The notes under the pieces were generated by a model that had not been told where the DNA came from, made no database searches, and saw only the letters and a program-made list of their open reading frames with translations. The position numbers and the translations under genes were made by a program. DNA of 64,000 bases from NCBI RefSeq assembly GCF_963921235.1, contig NC_086097.1, positions 250,172,001 through 250,236,000 of the forward strand. Direction: 5' to 3'. Positions 13,410 through 26,579 of the stretch are shown here, in pieces; the stretch's first letter is position 1, and each line of letters begins with the position of its first letter. Origin of the DNA: Mobula hypostoma (Eukaryota).

Positions 13410-14030
13410 AGAACATAGAGCACAACAGCACAGTAAAGGCTCTTCAGCTTATGACATTGTGTTGACCTTTTAACCTACTCTAAAATCAATGTAATCCTTC
13501 CTTCCTACATAAACCTCCACTTTTCTATCCTTCATGTGTCTATCTAAGGGTTTCTTCAATTCCCCTAATGAGTCTGCCTCCACCACCAGCCCTGGCAAGG
13601 TGTTCCACAGACACAACACTCTGTGTAAAAAAAATTACCTCCTACATCCTTCCTATACTTTCCTCCAATCACCTTATGTCCTAAACTTTTATATCACCTA
13701 TAAAATTATGTACTAGCTATTTCTGTCCTGGGAAAAAGTCTCTGGCTGTCCACTTGATCTAAGCCTCTTGTCATCTCTTTCAAATCATCTCCTATCCTCC
13801 TACACTCCAGAGTGAAAAGCCCTAGCTCACTCAACCTATCCTCATAAAACATGCTCCTTAATCCTGGTAAATCTTCTCTGCAGCTTCTCTAAAACTTTAA
13901 CATCCTTTTTACTATAAGGCAATTGGAACTGAACCCACCTCATGTGGTGTAACCAGGGTTTTATGGAGCTGCAACAATACCTCATGACTCTTGAACTCAT
14001 TCCACCGACTAATGAAGGCCAACACACCAT
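13410..14030 (-). mobile_element. CR1 3' fragment
   Basis: LEKLQRRFTR plus the CR1 3' UTR shared with many copies in the window. Confidence 0.75.
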
Positions 14031-15349
14031 ACTTTATACTTTATTGTCACCAAGCAATTAGTACTAGAACGTATAACCATCACAGCGATATTTGATTCTG
14101 CGCTTCACACTCCCTGGATTACAAATATTAAATATTAAAAATAGTTAAAATTAGTAAATATTAAAAAAAATTAAATTATACATCATAAATAGATAATAGA
14201 AAAATGGAAAGTAAGGTAGTGCAAAAAAAACGAGAGGCAGGTCTGGATATTTGGAGGGTACGGCCCAGATCCGGGTCAAGATTCGTTCAGCAGTCTTATC
14301 ACAGTTGGAAAGAAGCTGTTCCCAAATCTGGCCGTACGAGTCTTACGTCTTAACAACCCTATCCAGTCTGATACCTAAACTGGTTTCAGAATCAGCGTTG
14401 GTTATATAAATATCGAAGCCCAGCTGAATTTGATTCCTATGGACTGTGTTCTACAGTTGCTTTTCAAATGTTCCACCCTTTTACATACATCTGAATTTTG
14501 TCCTCTAAGTTGTCTTGTCAGAAAGTGTTACCAATTTACATTGAGTTTTCAAATCCAAACCATTGATGTAAGTTAGAAAGAGAACTGACTCCAGTCTGGC
14601 TCCCTGGGGTACCCTGATCTTTTTCTCTCCCCATTCATCACACTCTTCCAGTTTTCTGCCTTCTAGTCCTTGGCCAATCTCTTAGCCACCTTCCAAGATT
14701 TATCCTGAATCCCTGTAGATTTGACTTCATGAATAGAACATTGTCAAGTATGTTTAGTGATCTTGCATAGGACTTTCTGTAATGTTTCTGGCGAATACAC
14801 AAATAAAAACCAGGAGAAAATTTCAGTTTTTTAAATTTATGTTAACTTTTGTTTTGGTGATTATGCAGACAACATCCATAATTATTCCTGCTAATCATTT
14901 CTATTGACCCAGGAGAGAAAATTCATTGTTCTTGTGCTCCATGATCCTTTTTGAATGGGGAACAACATTAAGGTGTTCTCTTTGTTCTGAATTACTTTAG
15001 AAATATTCATGAAATCACCATCAGCATCTCCACACCTCTCCTTCATTCCTCCTAGTGATCTGACATAAATAACAGCTGTTACTTGTTTTTAAAAAAATAT
15101 TTATTTGAATCCTGTTTGCCTTTTAGTTATTATGAAGTAATTAATTCTGCTTATTTTTGAGTGGGGGTCTATTTTATTTGTAGTTTCCATTACGAATATT
15201 TGGAGCTATCAGTGTTTGCAACATTAAATGTTTGCTGCCAGTTTATAACTTACAGTATGTGGCTTTTTAATCTTCTTAGAACACTATCTTACCATTGAGT
15301 AGCTGACAGAATGTATTGCTCTTATCTTTTGCCACAACAAACTTGTTTC

Positions 15350-15357
15350 TCAAGGGC

Positions 15358-15395
<38 letters not shown>

Positions 15396-15960
15396 TGCTG
15401 GAGAAGCTCAACAGATCAGGCAGCATCAATGGAAATGAATAAACAGTCAACGTTTCGGGCTCAGAAACTTCTTCAGGGCTGGAAAGGAAGGGGGAAGATA
15501 CCAGAATAAAAAGGTGGGGGGGATACTTAAAAGGTGAGAGGTGAAGCCAGGTGGATGGGAAAGATAAAGGGCTGGAGAAGGAGGAATCTGATAGGAGAGG
15601 AAACTGGACCATGGAAGAAGAGGGGCACCAGGGGAAGGTAATAAGCAGCTGAGAACAAGAGTTAAGAAGCCAGAGTAGGAAATAGAAGAAGAGGGAAGGG
15701 GGAGGGATTTATTTTTTTTACCAGAAGGAGAAATCGATGCCATCAGGTTGGAGGCCACACAGACAAAATATGAGGTGGTGTTCCTCCACCAGGAGTGGCA
15801 GAAGAGGCCATGGACCAACATGTCATAACGAGAGTGGGGATAGCAATTAAAATAGTTGACTACTGGGAAGTTCCGCATTTGACGGATGAGGCAGAGGTCC
15901 TTGATAAAGCGGTCCCCCGACATAAAGGGTGCCTCATCTGCCAATTGGGCAAGACCTCCC
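15350..15960 (-). mobile_element. Penelope-like element: decayed GIY-YIG C-terminus, 3' repeat, hammerhead-like motif 15445-15480, (AC)n at ~15359-15392
   Basis: GDRF...FPVVNYFN..PH...DMLVHGL resembles the peptide at 50479-50694. Minus strand reads CTGAAGA...GAAACGTTGACT. Confidence 0.72.
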
Positions 15961-16789
15961 TTTGTCCAATTGACTCCATTATTGGCCCAGGGTCAGACAC
16001 CCTGAGCCAATAGACTGGTCCTGGACTTTTTTCCATCTGGCATAGTTTGCATTTTGTTGTTTGATTGTCTGTGATTTTTGTATTGCTATATTTATGCTCT
16101 ATTCTTGGTTGGTGCGGCTGTAACAAAACCCAATTTCCCTCGGGATCAATAAAGTATATCTATCTATCTATCATTGTGCTTTTTAACGTACCTGCATTCA
16201 CCCCGAAACATGTATTCCAGTTTCTCTTTATTAGTTCTGTATGGGCCATTCCATTTTGGTTTATTCCCTACCATAGATGCTGCCTGACCTGCTGAGTTCC
16301 TCCAGCATTTTGTGTGCATTAACTGCAAAGTAGCAATCTCTAGTTTTTGACCAGCACCATCAGCAGGTTCAAATGTTAGATAGAGTGAACGAACATGTGA
16401 CTGAAGCCATGGTGTAGGACTCTAAAGGAATTAGGAACATGTCAATATCCTCTCGGGCAGTGCTGTTGGAGAGCGTTCAGACTAGTTTCTTGGGTTGGTG
16501 GATGGAATAAAATGAAAGAAAAACCAACCTGACCATAGGGATTGAGGTGACAGGGTGTTTAGGAAGGAAAAGTCGATTGGCAATGATAAGTAGACTGTCT
16601 GGAAGAAGCACAGCATTCAAACAGAAGATGGTTGGAGAAAGTAATAATAATGAGGAGAACCAAAGGTGAATAAAACCCAGAAAGAAACGGAAAGGATAGT
16701 TGACTCTAAATTAGATCAGCGTGTGAGGATCTCACTGCAGTGAAATTGGAAACGCAATAACGGCCGTCTGAGATAGTTGAACTAGAAAA

Positions 16790-17420
16790 CTTAGATCAAA
16801 ACAGCACAGTACAGGCCCCCCGACTCACAATGTTGTGCTCACCTTTTAACCTACTCTAAGATCAATCCAACCCTTCCCCCTTCACATAGCCCTCCATTTT
16901 TCTATCATCCACATGCCTACCCAAGAGTTTCTTAAATGTCCCTTATGTATCTGCCTTTAACACCACCCCCGGCAGGGTGTTTCACTCACCCACCACTCCA
17001 TGTCTAAATAAACTTACTTAAGGGTCTCGGCCTGAAACGTCAACTGCGCCTCTTCCTATAGATGCTGCTTGGCCTGCTGCGTTCACCAGCAACTTTGATG
17101 TGTGTTGTCTGACATCCCCCTGTACTTTTCCCCAAACACCTTAAAATTATGCCCCTCATAGTCTGTGTCTGTGTCTGAAGAACATAATGATCTACGTCTC
17201 ATTATGTTGTACAGCTCTACAAAGTCACCTCTCATCCTGCTTTGCTCCAGATAGAAAAGCCCGAGCTCACTCATGCTCTGTTCATTAGACATGCTCTCCA
17301 ATCTGGGCAGCATCCTGGTAAATCTCCTCTGCACCCTCTCTAAAGCTCCATTGTGCCTATAATGAGCTGACCAGAACTGAACACACTCCAAGTGTGGTCT
17401 AAACAGGGTTTTATAGACCT
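16790..17420 (-). mobile_element. CR1 3' fragment with a Penelope-repeat piece inserted at ~17020-17107 (+)
   Basis: RPHLECVQFWS and ERVQRRFTRMLP. The inserted piece starts inside the hammerhead core. Confidence 0.75.
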
Positions 17421-18429
17421 GAAGCATCGCAGGGAACTACTCAACAGACAGCCAGAGAGGCTGTCGCAGGGAGGCCTCTGCACTTTGGGTTATCTCTCTC
17501 TCTCTCTCTCTCTCTCAACGGTGAGTGAGAGTTTGCTGCCAATTCTTGAGTTGGGGAACTCGAAATAAAAAGCAACACTTCAGACTGTGACTGTAACATT
17601 GAAACAGTAACCATTTGTCTCCCCTCTCACTGTGGAAGAAGCAACATCTGTCTCTCCCTTGCTGCCTGTGGGACGTTGAATTGTTGGAATTAAGTTAGTT
17701 TTTGATTGACTGTAGACCATGGTCTCTCTTTGGGGGCTTTGCTCTTGCTGGCATGGTGGGTGGTGGAAATGCTGATGCTTTATGCTAGAATAAATGGGGG
17801 GAGGATTGATACTGCTTATGCGTGGGAGGGGGCAGGGAACTTTGGGGTTCTTACTTTTTTTTCCCCTGTCATTCATTCTTTGAGGGTTTTATTCTGTTTT
17901 GAGGATGTCTGCAGAGTGTAAAAATTTCAGGCTGTATTTTGTATATACTCTCTGATAGTAAAATGGAACCTTTGAACCTCATAGATCTTGTACTCAATCC
18001 CCAACTAATGAAGCCCAACACCATCTTCTTAACCACGTTATCAACTGGCATGGCAACTTTAAGATCTCCATTGATATGGACCCCAAGACCTAACTGTTCC
18101 TCCACACAGCTAAAAACTCTGCCATAAACCCTGTATTCTGCTTTCCATTGTGATCTTCCAAAGAGAATAACTTTGCAGTTTTCTAATGAGCACATATATT
18201 ATAGTGTAGTTGCAAAAACAAAAAAATTGGCTTTAAAAGAGCAGGATATTAAATATTTCTGGATACAAATGGTTCAAAGATGGAAGAAAAAATGGAAGAA
18301 GGCCACTAGTATTTGATTAGGCGAATATTACTATACTGGTGACAGAGGATGTTATGGGTTGATTAAAAACAGCATATTTGGTTAGAAATAAGCAAAGATG
18401 GAGGCAGTGTTAAATATAAAACAGAGCAG

Positions 18430-19240
18430 TTTTAGAAACATGGAAAACCTACAGCACAATACAGGCCCTTTGGCCCACAAAGCTGTGCCAAACATGTCCT
18501 TACCTGAGAAATTACCTAGGGTTACCCATAACCCTCTATTTTTGTAAGCTCCATGTACTTATCCAGGAGTCTCTTAAAAGACCCTATTGTATCTGCTTCC
18601 ACCACCGTTGCTGGCAGCCCATTCCACGCATTCACCACTCTCTGTGTAAAAAACTTACCCTTGACATCTCCTCTGTACCTGCTTCCAAGCACCTTAAAAC
18701 TGTGCCCTCTCGTGTTAGCCATTTTGGACCCCTTTTCTAAGAAAGAATGTGCTGGCATTAGAGAGTTCAGAGAAGATTCACGAGAATGATCCCACCAATG
18801 AGTGTTAATGTATAAAGAATGTTTGATAGCTCTGGGCCTGTACTCACTGGAGTTCAGAAGAACCAGGAGGGATCTCATTGAAACCTGTTGAATATTAAAA
18901 CGCCTAGATAAAGTGGACACACAAAGGATGTTTCCAATAGCAGGAGAGTCTACTACAAGAAGGTGCAGACTTAGAATACAAGGATGTCCTTTTAGAACAG
19001 AGATGAGGAGGAATTTCTTTATCAAGAATGTGGAGTTCTTTGCCACAGACAGCTGTGGAGACCAAGTCACTGAGCACATTTAAAGTGGTTGTTGATAGGA
19101 TCTTGATTAATAAGGCCATCAAAGGTTATGGGGGAGGAGACAGGAGAATGAGCTTGAGAAGGACAATAAATTAGCCATGATGGAATGGTGTAGAAGATTC
19201 AATGGACTGAATAGGCTAATTCTGCTCCTATGCCTTATAG
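18430..19240. mobile_element. Two CR1 3' ends joined back-to-back (18430-18725 minus; ~18735-19240 plus)
   Basis: TRGHSFK..FFTQRVVNAWNGLP on the minus strand; a second subfamily tail on the plus strand. Confidence 0.75.
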
Positions 19241-19734
19241 TTATTCTTTGAATAGTCACCAACAAATGGGAGATATAGTGGAGCAAATATCCATCAAAAT
19301 TACACTTAAAGGCAAAGGCTATATTACTTCAATTATTCTGCTGTAAACCATGATAGTAATACTGTTAAGACAGAGATGTCTTTTTTTAAAAAAGGTGTCA
19401 AAGATAATTTTCCAAAGGGGTATTATTTTCTGATCAACAGACGAAGGATGTTTGGTTAAATCTGGTTCTGGGGAATGGCATGGTTCAAGTATTCCAAGTT
19501 TAGATTGGGGCACATTGAGGAGTATGATCATAACATCAGAAACTTCAGATCACCATTGGGAAAAAAAGAAAGAAAAAATCCATAATAAAAGTAATTAATT
19601 TGAGGAATACTAGTTTGATTAAGATCATAGTAACTTAATTATAGAGCACTTTTTATACAGATGATATAGTTTGAAGTACTTTACAAGGGGGTAAAGTGCA
19701 AACACAAAAATAAGTTCAAGTTTATTGTCATCTG

Positions 19735-20710
19735 ATATAGATACTTTATTGATCTCAAAGGAAATTACAGTGTCACAATAGCATTACAAGTGCACAGATA
19801 TAAAATATTAGAAGTAAGGAAAAATGAAAAAAAAACAAATTACCTCAAACAGTCTAATGGGGGTGGGGGGGGGGGGAGGTCCAACACTTCCCTGGCTGTA
19901 GATTGACTCATTATAGAACCTAATGGCCGAGGGTAAGAATGACCTCATATAGCACTCTTTGGAGCAGCGCACTTGTCTTAGTCTATTACTAAAAGTGCTC
20001 CTCTGTTCAGCCAAGGCGGCATGCAGAGGGTGAGAAACATTGTCCAAAATTGCCAGGACTATGCATTTATACAAGCAAATGAAACAACGTTTTTCCAGAC
20101 CATGGTGTACTCATAAAAAGGTGTATCACACACAATAGATAGAACAAAAATATTACCTCAAATAAGGTAATAAGATACAATTCTGAATGCATGTCCTGCC
20201 CAGCACAGGTAAACAGTAAACAGCTGACTGTCCTAGTGACAAGACCTCGGTGGTGGCAGGGTATTCATTAGTCTCTCAGCCCGAGGGAAGAAGCTGTTAC
20301 CCAGTCTGGCAGTCCTAGTCCTGATGCTCCTGTACCTCCTTCCTGATGGGAGTGGGTCAGAGAGATTGTTGGATAGGTGGTGGTGAGCTCAAAAATGCTA
20401 TGGGTCCTTCATCTGCAAAACTCCCAGTAAATGTCACAAATGGTGGGGGTGTGGGGGTCCTCTCAGTTTAACTAACCTCTGCAGGGTCTTGACTCTGATG
20501 CCTTACAGTTTCCACACAATGAAGCAGCCAGGTAGTTTACTCTCTTGTAGAAAGCGGGTGGGGAGACCTACCCACCTCAACCTCCTCAAAGTGTGGACAC
20601 TGCTGTGCCTTGTCGACAAGTGAGGAGGTGTTGTGGGTCCAGGTTAGACTGTCCGTTATGTGCACACCAAGGAACTTTGTGCTCTTCACTCTCTGCACGG
20701 TCGTGCCATT
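19735..20710 (-). mobile_element. Rex1/Babar 3' fragments
   Basis: ILDNVSHPLH...RSFLPSAIR and KFLGVHITDSLTW. Confidence 0.72.
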
Positions 20711-21109
20711 GAGTGAATAAAAAATAAAAATAACAAAAATATTAGGCAAAAAGATGTCAACTAAAAGCAAAGTTAAATAGATTTTGAGCTGGTGTTTAAA
20801 AGTGTCAACTTAGTCTGCATCCCTTATAGTTTTAGGTATTGAGTTCCACAGATTAGGAGCGTAGTTCAAAAGGTATAAAAGTGGATCTTGTCTCAGTAAA
20901 TTGGAACCAAATGTTGTCAGGAACTTGTAGAACAGTGATTTTCCTATTATTTACTGTTAAAGTAAACAAAGACTGTGCACAATAAGTACAGAGAGGCAAT
21001 TACAAAGGGAGCAGACGGGAAATGAGAATTAAAATAATTTGAAATGAGGCAGCTTGGATAAATGATCAACTGCCAATATAAATAGGAACACTATAGGCAT
21101 TTAACTCAT

Positions 21110-22900
21110 AGTTCAAAGTAAATCTATTATCAAGGCACATACACATCACCACATACAACCCTGAAATTCCTTTTCTTGCGGGCATACTCAAATCCATAAT
21201 TGAATAATAACCATAATAGAATCAGAATTAGGTTTAGTATCACCAGCTTATATCATGAAATTTGTTATCTTTACTGCAGCAGTACAATGAAATACATGAT
21301 AAATAAATAGAGAAAAAACTGAGTTACATTAAGTATATGTTAAGTTCACACAAGTAGTGCAAAAAAAAAACAGAAATAAAGAAGTATGAGGTGGTGTCCA
21401 TTTAGGAATCGGATGGCAGAGGGGAAGAAGCTGTTCCTGAATCACTGAGTTTGTGCCTTCAGGCTTCTGTACCTCCTTCCGATGGTAACAGTGAGAAAAG
21501 GTCATGTCCTGGGTGGTGGAGAGCCTTAATGGTGGATGCCACCTTCCCAGGCACCACTCCTTGAAGATGTCTTGGATACTATGGAGGCTGGGACCCATGA
21601 TAGAGCTGACTACTTGTACAAGTTTCTGCAACTTAATTCGATCTTGTGCATTTGTTCCCCGCGCCGCCCCCCCCCATACCAGACAGTGATGCAGCCAGTC
21701 AGAAAGCTCTCCGCTGTACATTTGTAGAAATTTGACTGTTTTAGTTGACAAAGCAAATCTCTTCAACTTTTGAATGAAATCTAGCCGCTGTCTTGCCTTC
21801 TTTATAGTTGCATCAATATGTTGCTTTCAGGTTACGGCCTCAGATATATTGACACCAAGGAATTTGAAATTACTCTCTCCATTTCTGATGCCTCTATGAG
21901 GATTAGACCAAAAGACCATAAGACACAGGAGCAGAGTCAGGCCATTCGGCCCATTGAATCTGCTCCACCATTCAATCATGGCTGATCCTTTTCTCTATCT
22001 CCTCCTCAACCCCAGTTCCTGGCCTTCTCCCTGTAACCTTTGGTGCCATGTCCAATCAATCTCTGCCTTAAAAACACCCAGTGGCCTGGCCTCCACAGCT
22101 GCATGTGGCAACAAATTCACCACTCTTTGGCTAAAGAAATCTCTCTGCATCTCTGTTTTGAAAGAGCGCCCCTCTATCCTGAGGCTGTGCCCCCTTGCCC
22201 TAGACTCCCATCTACTCTGTCTAGGCCTTTCAACATTCGAAAGGTTTCAATGAGATCCCCCCTCATTTTTCTGAATTCCAGTGAGTACAGACCCAGAGCC
22301 ATTAAACATTCCTCGTATGATAACCCTTTCATTCCTGGAATCATCCTCGTGAACCTCCTCTGGGCCCTCTCCAATGTCAGCACTTTTTTTCTAAGATGAA
22401 GGACCCAAAGCTGTACATAATACTCAAGTTGAGACCTCAACAGCACTTTATAAAGCCTTATATTGACTGGTATGCCCTTGTCTCATACTTTCTGAAGTCC
22501 ACAATCAGCTCTTAGTCTTACTGATGTTGAGTGCAAGGTTGAATCAACGAAAGACTGCACCAACTTGGGTGTTGAACCAGAGTGCAAAAGGCAAAAAACT
22601 GTGCCAATACAAACAGAAATAAATAATAAATAAGCAATAAATATTGAGAACATGAAAACGTGAAATGAGGAGACCTTGAAAATGAGTCCATAGGTTGTAG
22701 GAAGAGTTCAGTTATGGGGCGAGTGAAGTTATCCCCTCTGGTTGAGGAGCCTGATGATTCCTGAACTTGGTGGCGAGAGTCCTGAGGTTTCTGTACCTTC
22801 TTCCTGAAAGCAGCTGTGAGAAGAGAGCATGACCTGGCTGGTGCTGGTCCTTGACGATGGATGCTGCTTTCCTGCGACAGTGGTCAGTGTGGGGAGGGCT
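21110..22900 (-). mobile_element. Rex1/Babar fragments with a CR1 3' end nested at ~21905-22460
   Basis: Rex1 sequence breaks at CTATGAGGATT and resumes near TGGTATG..GAAGTCCACAATCAGC. The insert encodes LERAQRRFTRMIPG. Confidence 0.72.
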
Positions 22901-23039
22901 TAACCTGCGATGGAATAGCACACGAAGAGGTGAGGCCCACTGAACTTGGAAAAAAAAATTCAGAACTTGCATGTGGATGCTGAGAGCACTAAATGAGTAC
23001 TTTGTATAGTGAAAGTGAAGGAAGAGATATTGGCATTCT

Positions 23040-23270
23040 AGTGTTGTGGTTAGCATAACTCTGTGACAGTAGCAGCAACCTGGGTTCCATTCTCGCCACT
23101 GTCTGTAAGGGGTTTGTACGTTCTCCCCGTGACCGCATGGGTTTCCTCCGGGTGCTCCAGTTCCAGCCGACATTCAAAAGTCATCCACGTTGGTAGGTCA
23201 CCCGGTCACAAGGGTGTAATTGGGTGCTGCGCGTTCATTGGGTGGGAAGTGCATGTTACAATGCTGTCTA
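23040..23270 (+). mobile_element. tRNA-derived V-domain SINE (HE1-like); similar copies near 5.4, 6.15, 27.3, 37.45, 37.8, 40.0, 41.0, 54.2, 56.6, 57.8 and 63.4 kb
   Basis: A/B-box-like head GTGGTTAGC...GGTTC, then the conserved core GGGTTTCCTCCGGGTGCTCCAGTT. Confidence 0.7.
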
Positions 23271-23609
23271 TAGGTGAAATATTATACTGGATATAACAAA
23301 AAAAACAATAATGCAGGGATGTTACAAAATTTGGCAAAGCTTCAAGTGGATAAGTCACCGTGAAAGCATGGGTTGCATCTTCGGGAGGAGTCAGGAAGAG
23401 ACTGTGGCGGGGGGGGGTGAGAGGGGGTAGTGCCAGAAAGCTGAGTAGATAATCTTACTACATTCTTTAATTAAAAAAAGAGGGAGTCATGAGAAGTCCA
23501 GCATTTACATGTCAATCATTTTGACCTCAATTGTTGGAAAGCCTTTAGAAATATTGTGCCAGACGTGATTAATACTCACCTGGAGGAAAACAGCAATGGT
23601 TTCGAACAG

Positions 23610-24165
23610 AACTGTAGATACCCTTCAGCCTACAATCCTGTGGCAACCTTTTGGCATACTCCAAGATCAATCTAACCCTTCGCTCCTGCATAGGCCTCCA
23701 TTTTCCTATCATCCATGTGCCTATCTAAGAGTCTCTTAACTGCCCCTAATGTATCTGCCCCTACCACCAGTCCTGGCGGTGTTCCATGCACCCATTACTG
23801 TTTCAAAGAACTTGCCCCCAACATCCTCCCTACACATTCTTCCAAACACCTTAAAATTATACCCCTTTCTATTAGCCATTTCCACCCTGGGAAAAAGTCT
23901 CTGGTTGTCCACTCGATCTATGCCTCTTATCTTGTACACCACCATCAAGTCACCTCTCATCCTCCTTTGCTACAGAGTGGAAAGCCCCAGCTCACTCAGC
24001 CCATCAGGCAAGCCCTCTAGTCCAGGAGGCATCCTGGTAAACCTCCACTGAACCCTCTCCAAAGCTTCCACACCCTCCCAGTCATGAGGTGACCAGGATA
24101 TTCAGAGTGTGATCTAACCAGAGTTTTACAGAGCTGCAACATTACCTCACAGCTCTAACTCAGTA
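23610..24165 (-). mobile_element. CR1 3' fragment
   Basis: MRGDLMVVYKIRGIDRVD..LFP. Confidence 0.75.
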
Positions 24166-25980
24166 ATCAATCTGATTCTGAAGGTTTAGAGGTCCCAGCA
24201 ATAAAGAGTAAGAGTGTTATGAAGAAAATTTATTTATGCATAGTTATAATCTGGAATGCACAGAGGATGAGGTGGAGAGAGGTTAGTTTAAGGCTTTGTC
24301 CAGTGAAGAAATAAAATTCAATGGCCATGCAGAAAGGGCAGCTGGATGGATGGAGAACATCCGTCACATATACACAATGGTTTCTAAAATTTCATCAATT
24401 ATAAAGTTGTTACTTTTGTTAATACTGCTGCTAAATTGACGTGCAGTTTCTTGGAAATCGAGCATTGAATTTAAAGGTTGGAACTTCGTTCTGGTGAATG
24501 CTCACACTGTGATATTGGCTAGACACAATGATAAGCACGAGATTCTGCAGATGCTGGATATCCAGAGAAACACACACAAAATGCAGGAGGAACTCGGGTC
24601 AGGCAGCATCCATGGAGGGGAAGAAACAGTCCACGTTTCGGGCCGAGACCTTTTATTAGGACTCAAATCAAAGATTATTGCAAGTTATACTTGTATTAAT
24701 ACATTTAGAAAAGACAACGTCACGCTGGCATCAGTGTCGCGAACTGCAGATACAAAAGATCTTGGATCGCGGGCAAGCCGGTTGGACACAACTAAATTCT
24801 CAGAACAGAAGTGTCAGCGCGGAAATTCTTCCAAAGTTACAAAAGTTGCGGCTTTCTTGGAATAAAGTTGCCAAAGGTTCTTGACCTTTGATTTATTTGG
24901 AATTGGTCTACAATTGTTACATGTACTTGGCGCGATGAGCCTTCTACTCTCTAGAAATCCTGCTTCAAGGATGTGTCACCAACTGGTTAGTGCAAACTGT
25001 GATACAATTCTGAAGCAAGGCAAATGCGCTACAGTATAATTCTAAGAAATTTTGCCTTCCCCTGGCATGTGTTCTGCAGTGAACGCGGGTCGCCTCGTTC
25101 AAGTACAAACACAAGCGATTCTGCAGATGCTGGAAATCCAGAGCAACACACACACACACACAAAATACTGGTGGAATGCTGAGTGGAGGAGCACACAAAA
25201 TACTACAGCAGATCAGGCAGCACCCATGGACCTTTCAAACGCTCCCGGTCTGAAACGGTCCCTTTCCACAGACTCAGCCTGACCTGCCGAGTTCCTCCAG
25301 CATTTTGAGTGCGTGCGTTACAAGCACAAACAAGATAGCCTCGGGTGAAGGGAGGGGAGGGGAGGGCGTTCTTATCGCTCAGGTATCCCAGAAGGGCCGC
25401 GGTGTGCCTCAGCAGAGGGCGTATGGAGAAGGGAAGCTCACCTCGGTGAGCTCAAGTGGCTGATGTTTACTGACCTGTGTGTGTGTGGCCGGCTGCCCTC
25501 AGCCCGGCAGATTGCGACAGGCTCTGTTTTGCCTGCTGCTGCTGTCGGTGGGCGGGGGGAATGGAGAGAGCAGCCAGACAGGAAGCCGGCACAATCCCGA
25601 ACAAAACGGCGTTTTAAAAGAGACCCTGCAAACCGGGGGCAGCTGGACATCGCCCGGCTGCCGGCAGACAAAGAGCTCAGTCTTCAGCGCTCAAACAACA
25701 TACCTTTGAAACACAACGGCGCCCAGCCGCTGAGATCCCGCCAAGGCACAAAAGATAACACGTGCCGGCCTTTTTCTCTTGATTGAAAGGGGGTTTGCAA
25801 AAATACCACGACGTGGCAATTACTTTTTTTCCTCTCTCTCGTTGAACTTCAGGTGGAATCAGTTCGAAACAGCGAAAAAAAAAGTACTGCTGGTGAAAGA
25901 TGTTAGAGTTAGACTGAGGGAAGGAGAGGGGGAGATTGTCAGCAACCCGAGCAGGTGGTGGGGGGTTAGCCGAGGCAGCC

Positions 25981-26013
25981 ATGCGGAATAACACTGAACT
26001 GAAGTTGTCCCAG
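25981..26013 (+). CDS. ENPP2: ENPP2/autotaxin coding exon 1 (MRNNTELKLSQ)
   Basis: GCAGCC-ATG Kozak context inside the CpG-rich region. 11 codons, then CAG|GTGAGT consensus donor, phase 0. Same 33-nt, Q-ending layout as human exon 1 (recalled), though the peptide is divergent. Confidence 0.8.
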
Positions 26014-26178
26014 GTGAGTGTGAGGGAGTGCGCCAGGCCGCCGCTCCCCGCCACATGTGTGCGAGAACGAGAGAGGGGTGGTCAAGTGTTGAAATACTGA
26101 AAGAAAAGTTTACCAGAGCCTCAGACGGTTCTTGTCTGTCGAGTTCATTTCATTAAAGAAAGCCGATCTCGTTTGCAG

Positions 26179-26275
26179 ATCCTCTCGCTGTTAACTTTCG
26201 TAGCCGGGGTGAACGTCTGTCAAGGGGCTGGCTTGCGTCGCTTGCAAAGATCAGGAGACTCGAACAACCGTGAAG
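26179..26275 (+). CDS. ENPP2: ENPP2 exon 2: signal peptide and pro-peptide (ILSLLTFVAGVNVCQGAGLRRLQRSGDSNNRE)
   Basis: Acceptor tttgcag|ATC and donor GAAG|gtacca (phase 1). Aligns with human IISLFTFAVGVNICLGFTAHRIKR. Confidence 0.88.
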
Positions 26276-26522
26276 GTACCATAACTTTTTGCTTATTTCC
26301 CGTCGCGTGGTTTACCAAGACGGAGGATGGGTGTCAGCTCTGACTCTCATTTCCAATCGCTTGTCACGGTACAAATGTAACTCCGCTTTGGAACCCTTGC
26401 CGTTTATTCTGACCTTAATCAGCACCCTTCATTCTGTCCCGATCACCGCGGCCACTGTAGTCGCAGACTCGCGTTCGCTACAGTGTGCCGCGAAGTCGTT
26501 AGGTGCTGTTAATCATTACCTG

Positions 26523-26579
26523 GTTTAGCACAGTAACGGTGATAAAATGATCATTATTATCACCGTTACTGTGCTAAAC
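26523..26579. repeat. 57-bp near-perfect palindrome in ENPP2 intron 2
   Basis: GTTTAGCACAGTAACGGTGATAA-AATGATCATT-A-TTATCACCGTTACTGTGCTAAAC. Confidence 0.95.

Noticed and set aside
23040..23110. SINE heads as tRNA genes
   Set aside because: Only degenerate A/B boxes, no cloverleaf, and always attached to the SINE core.
24700..24870. Possible NF-kB/NFAT-like sites (GGAAATTCTTCC) in a CpG-enriched patch upstream of the promoter
   Set aside because: Short motifs expected by chance; cannot be supported without conservation data.
1..25000. Terminal exons of the expected upstream neighbour TAF2
   Set aside because: No His/Lys-rich C-terminal coding sequence or other recognisable exon seen.
25423..25452. 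Possible alternative first exon ATGGAGAAGGGAAGCTCACCTCG|GTGAGC
   Set aside because: The donor is phase 2 and exon 2 needs phase 0. It might be non-coding but that is unsupported.
25463..25786. Promoter-region ORFs with a signal-peptide-like stretch (ALFCLLLLSVGG) and an RRFKR motif
   Set aside because: They are in different frames with no usable splice path. The real signal-peptide exon at 26179 aligns with ENPP2.
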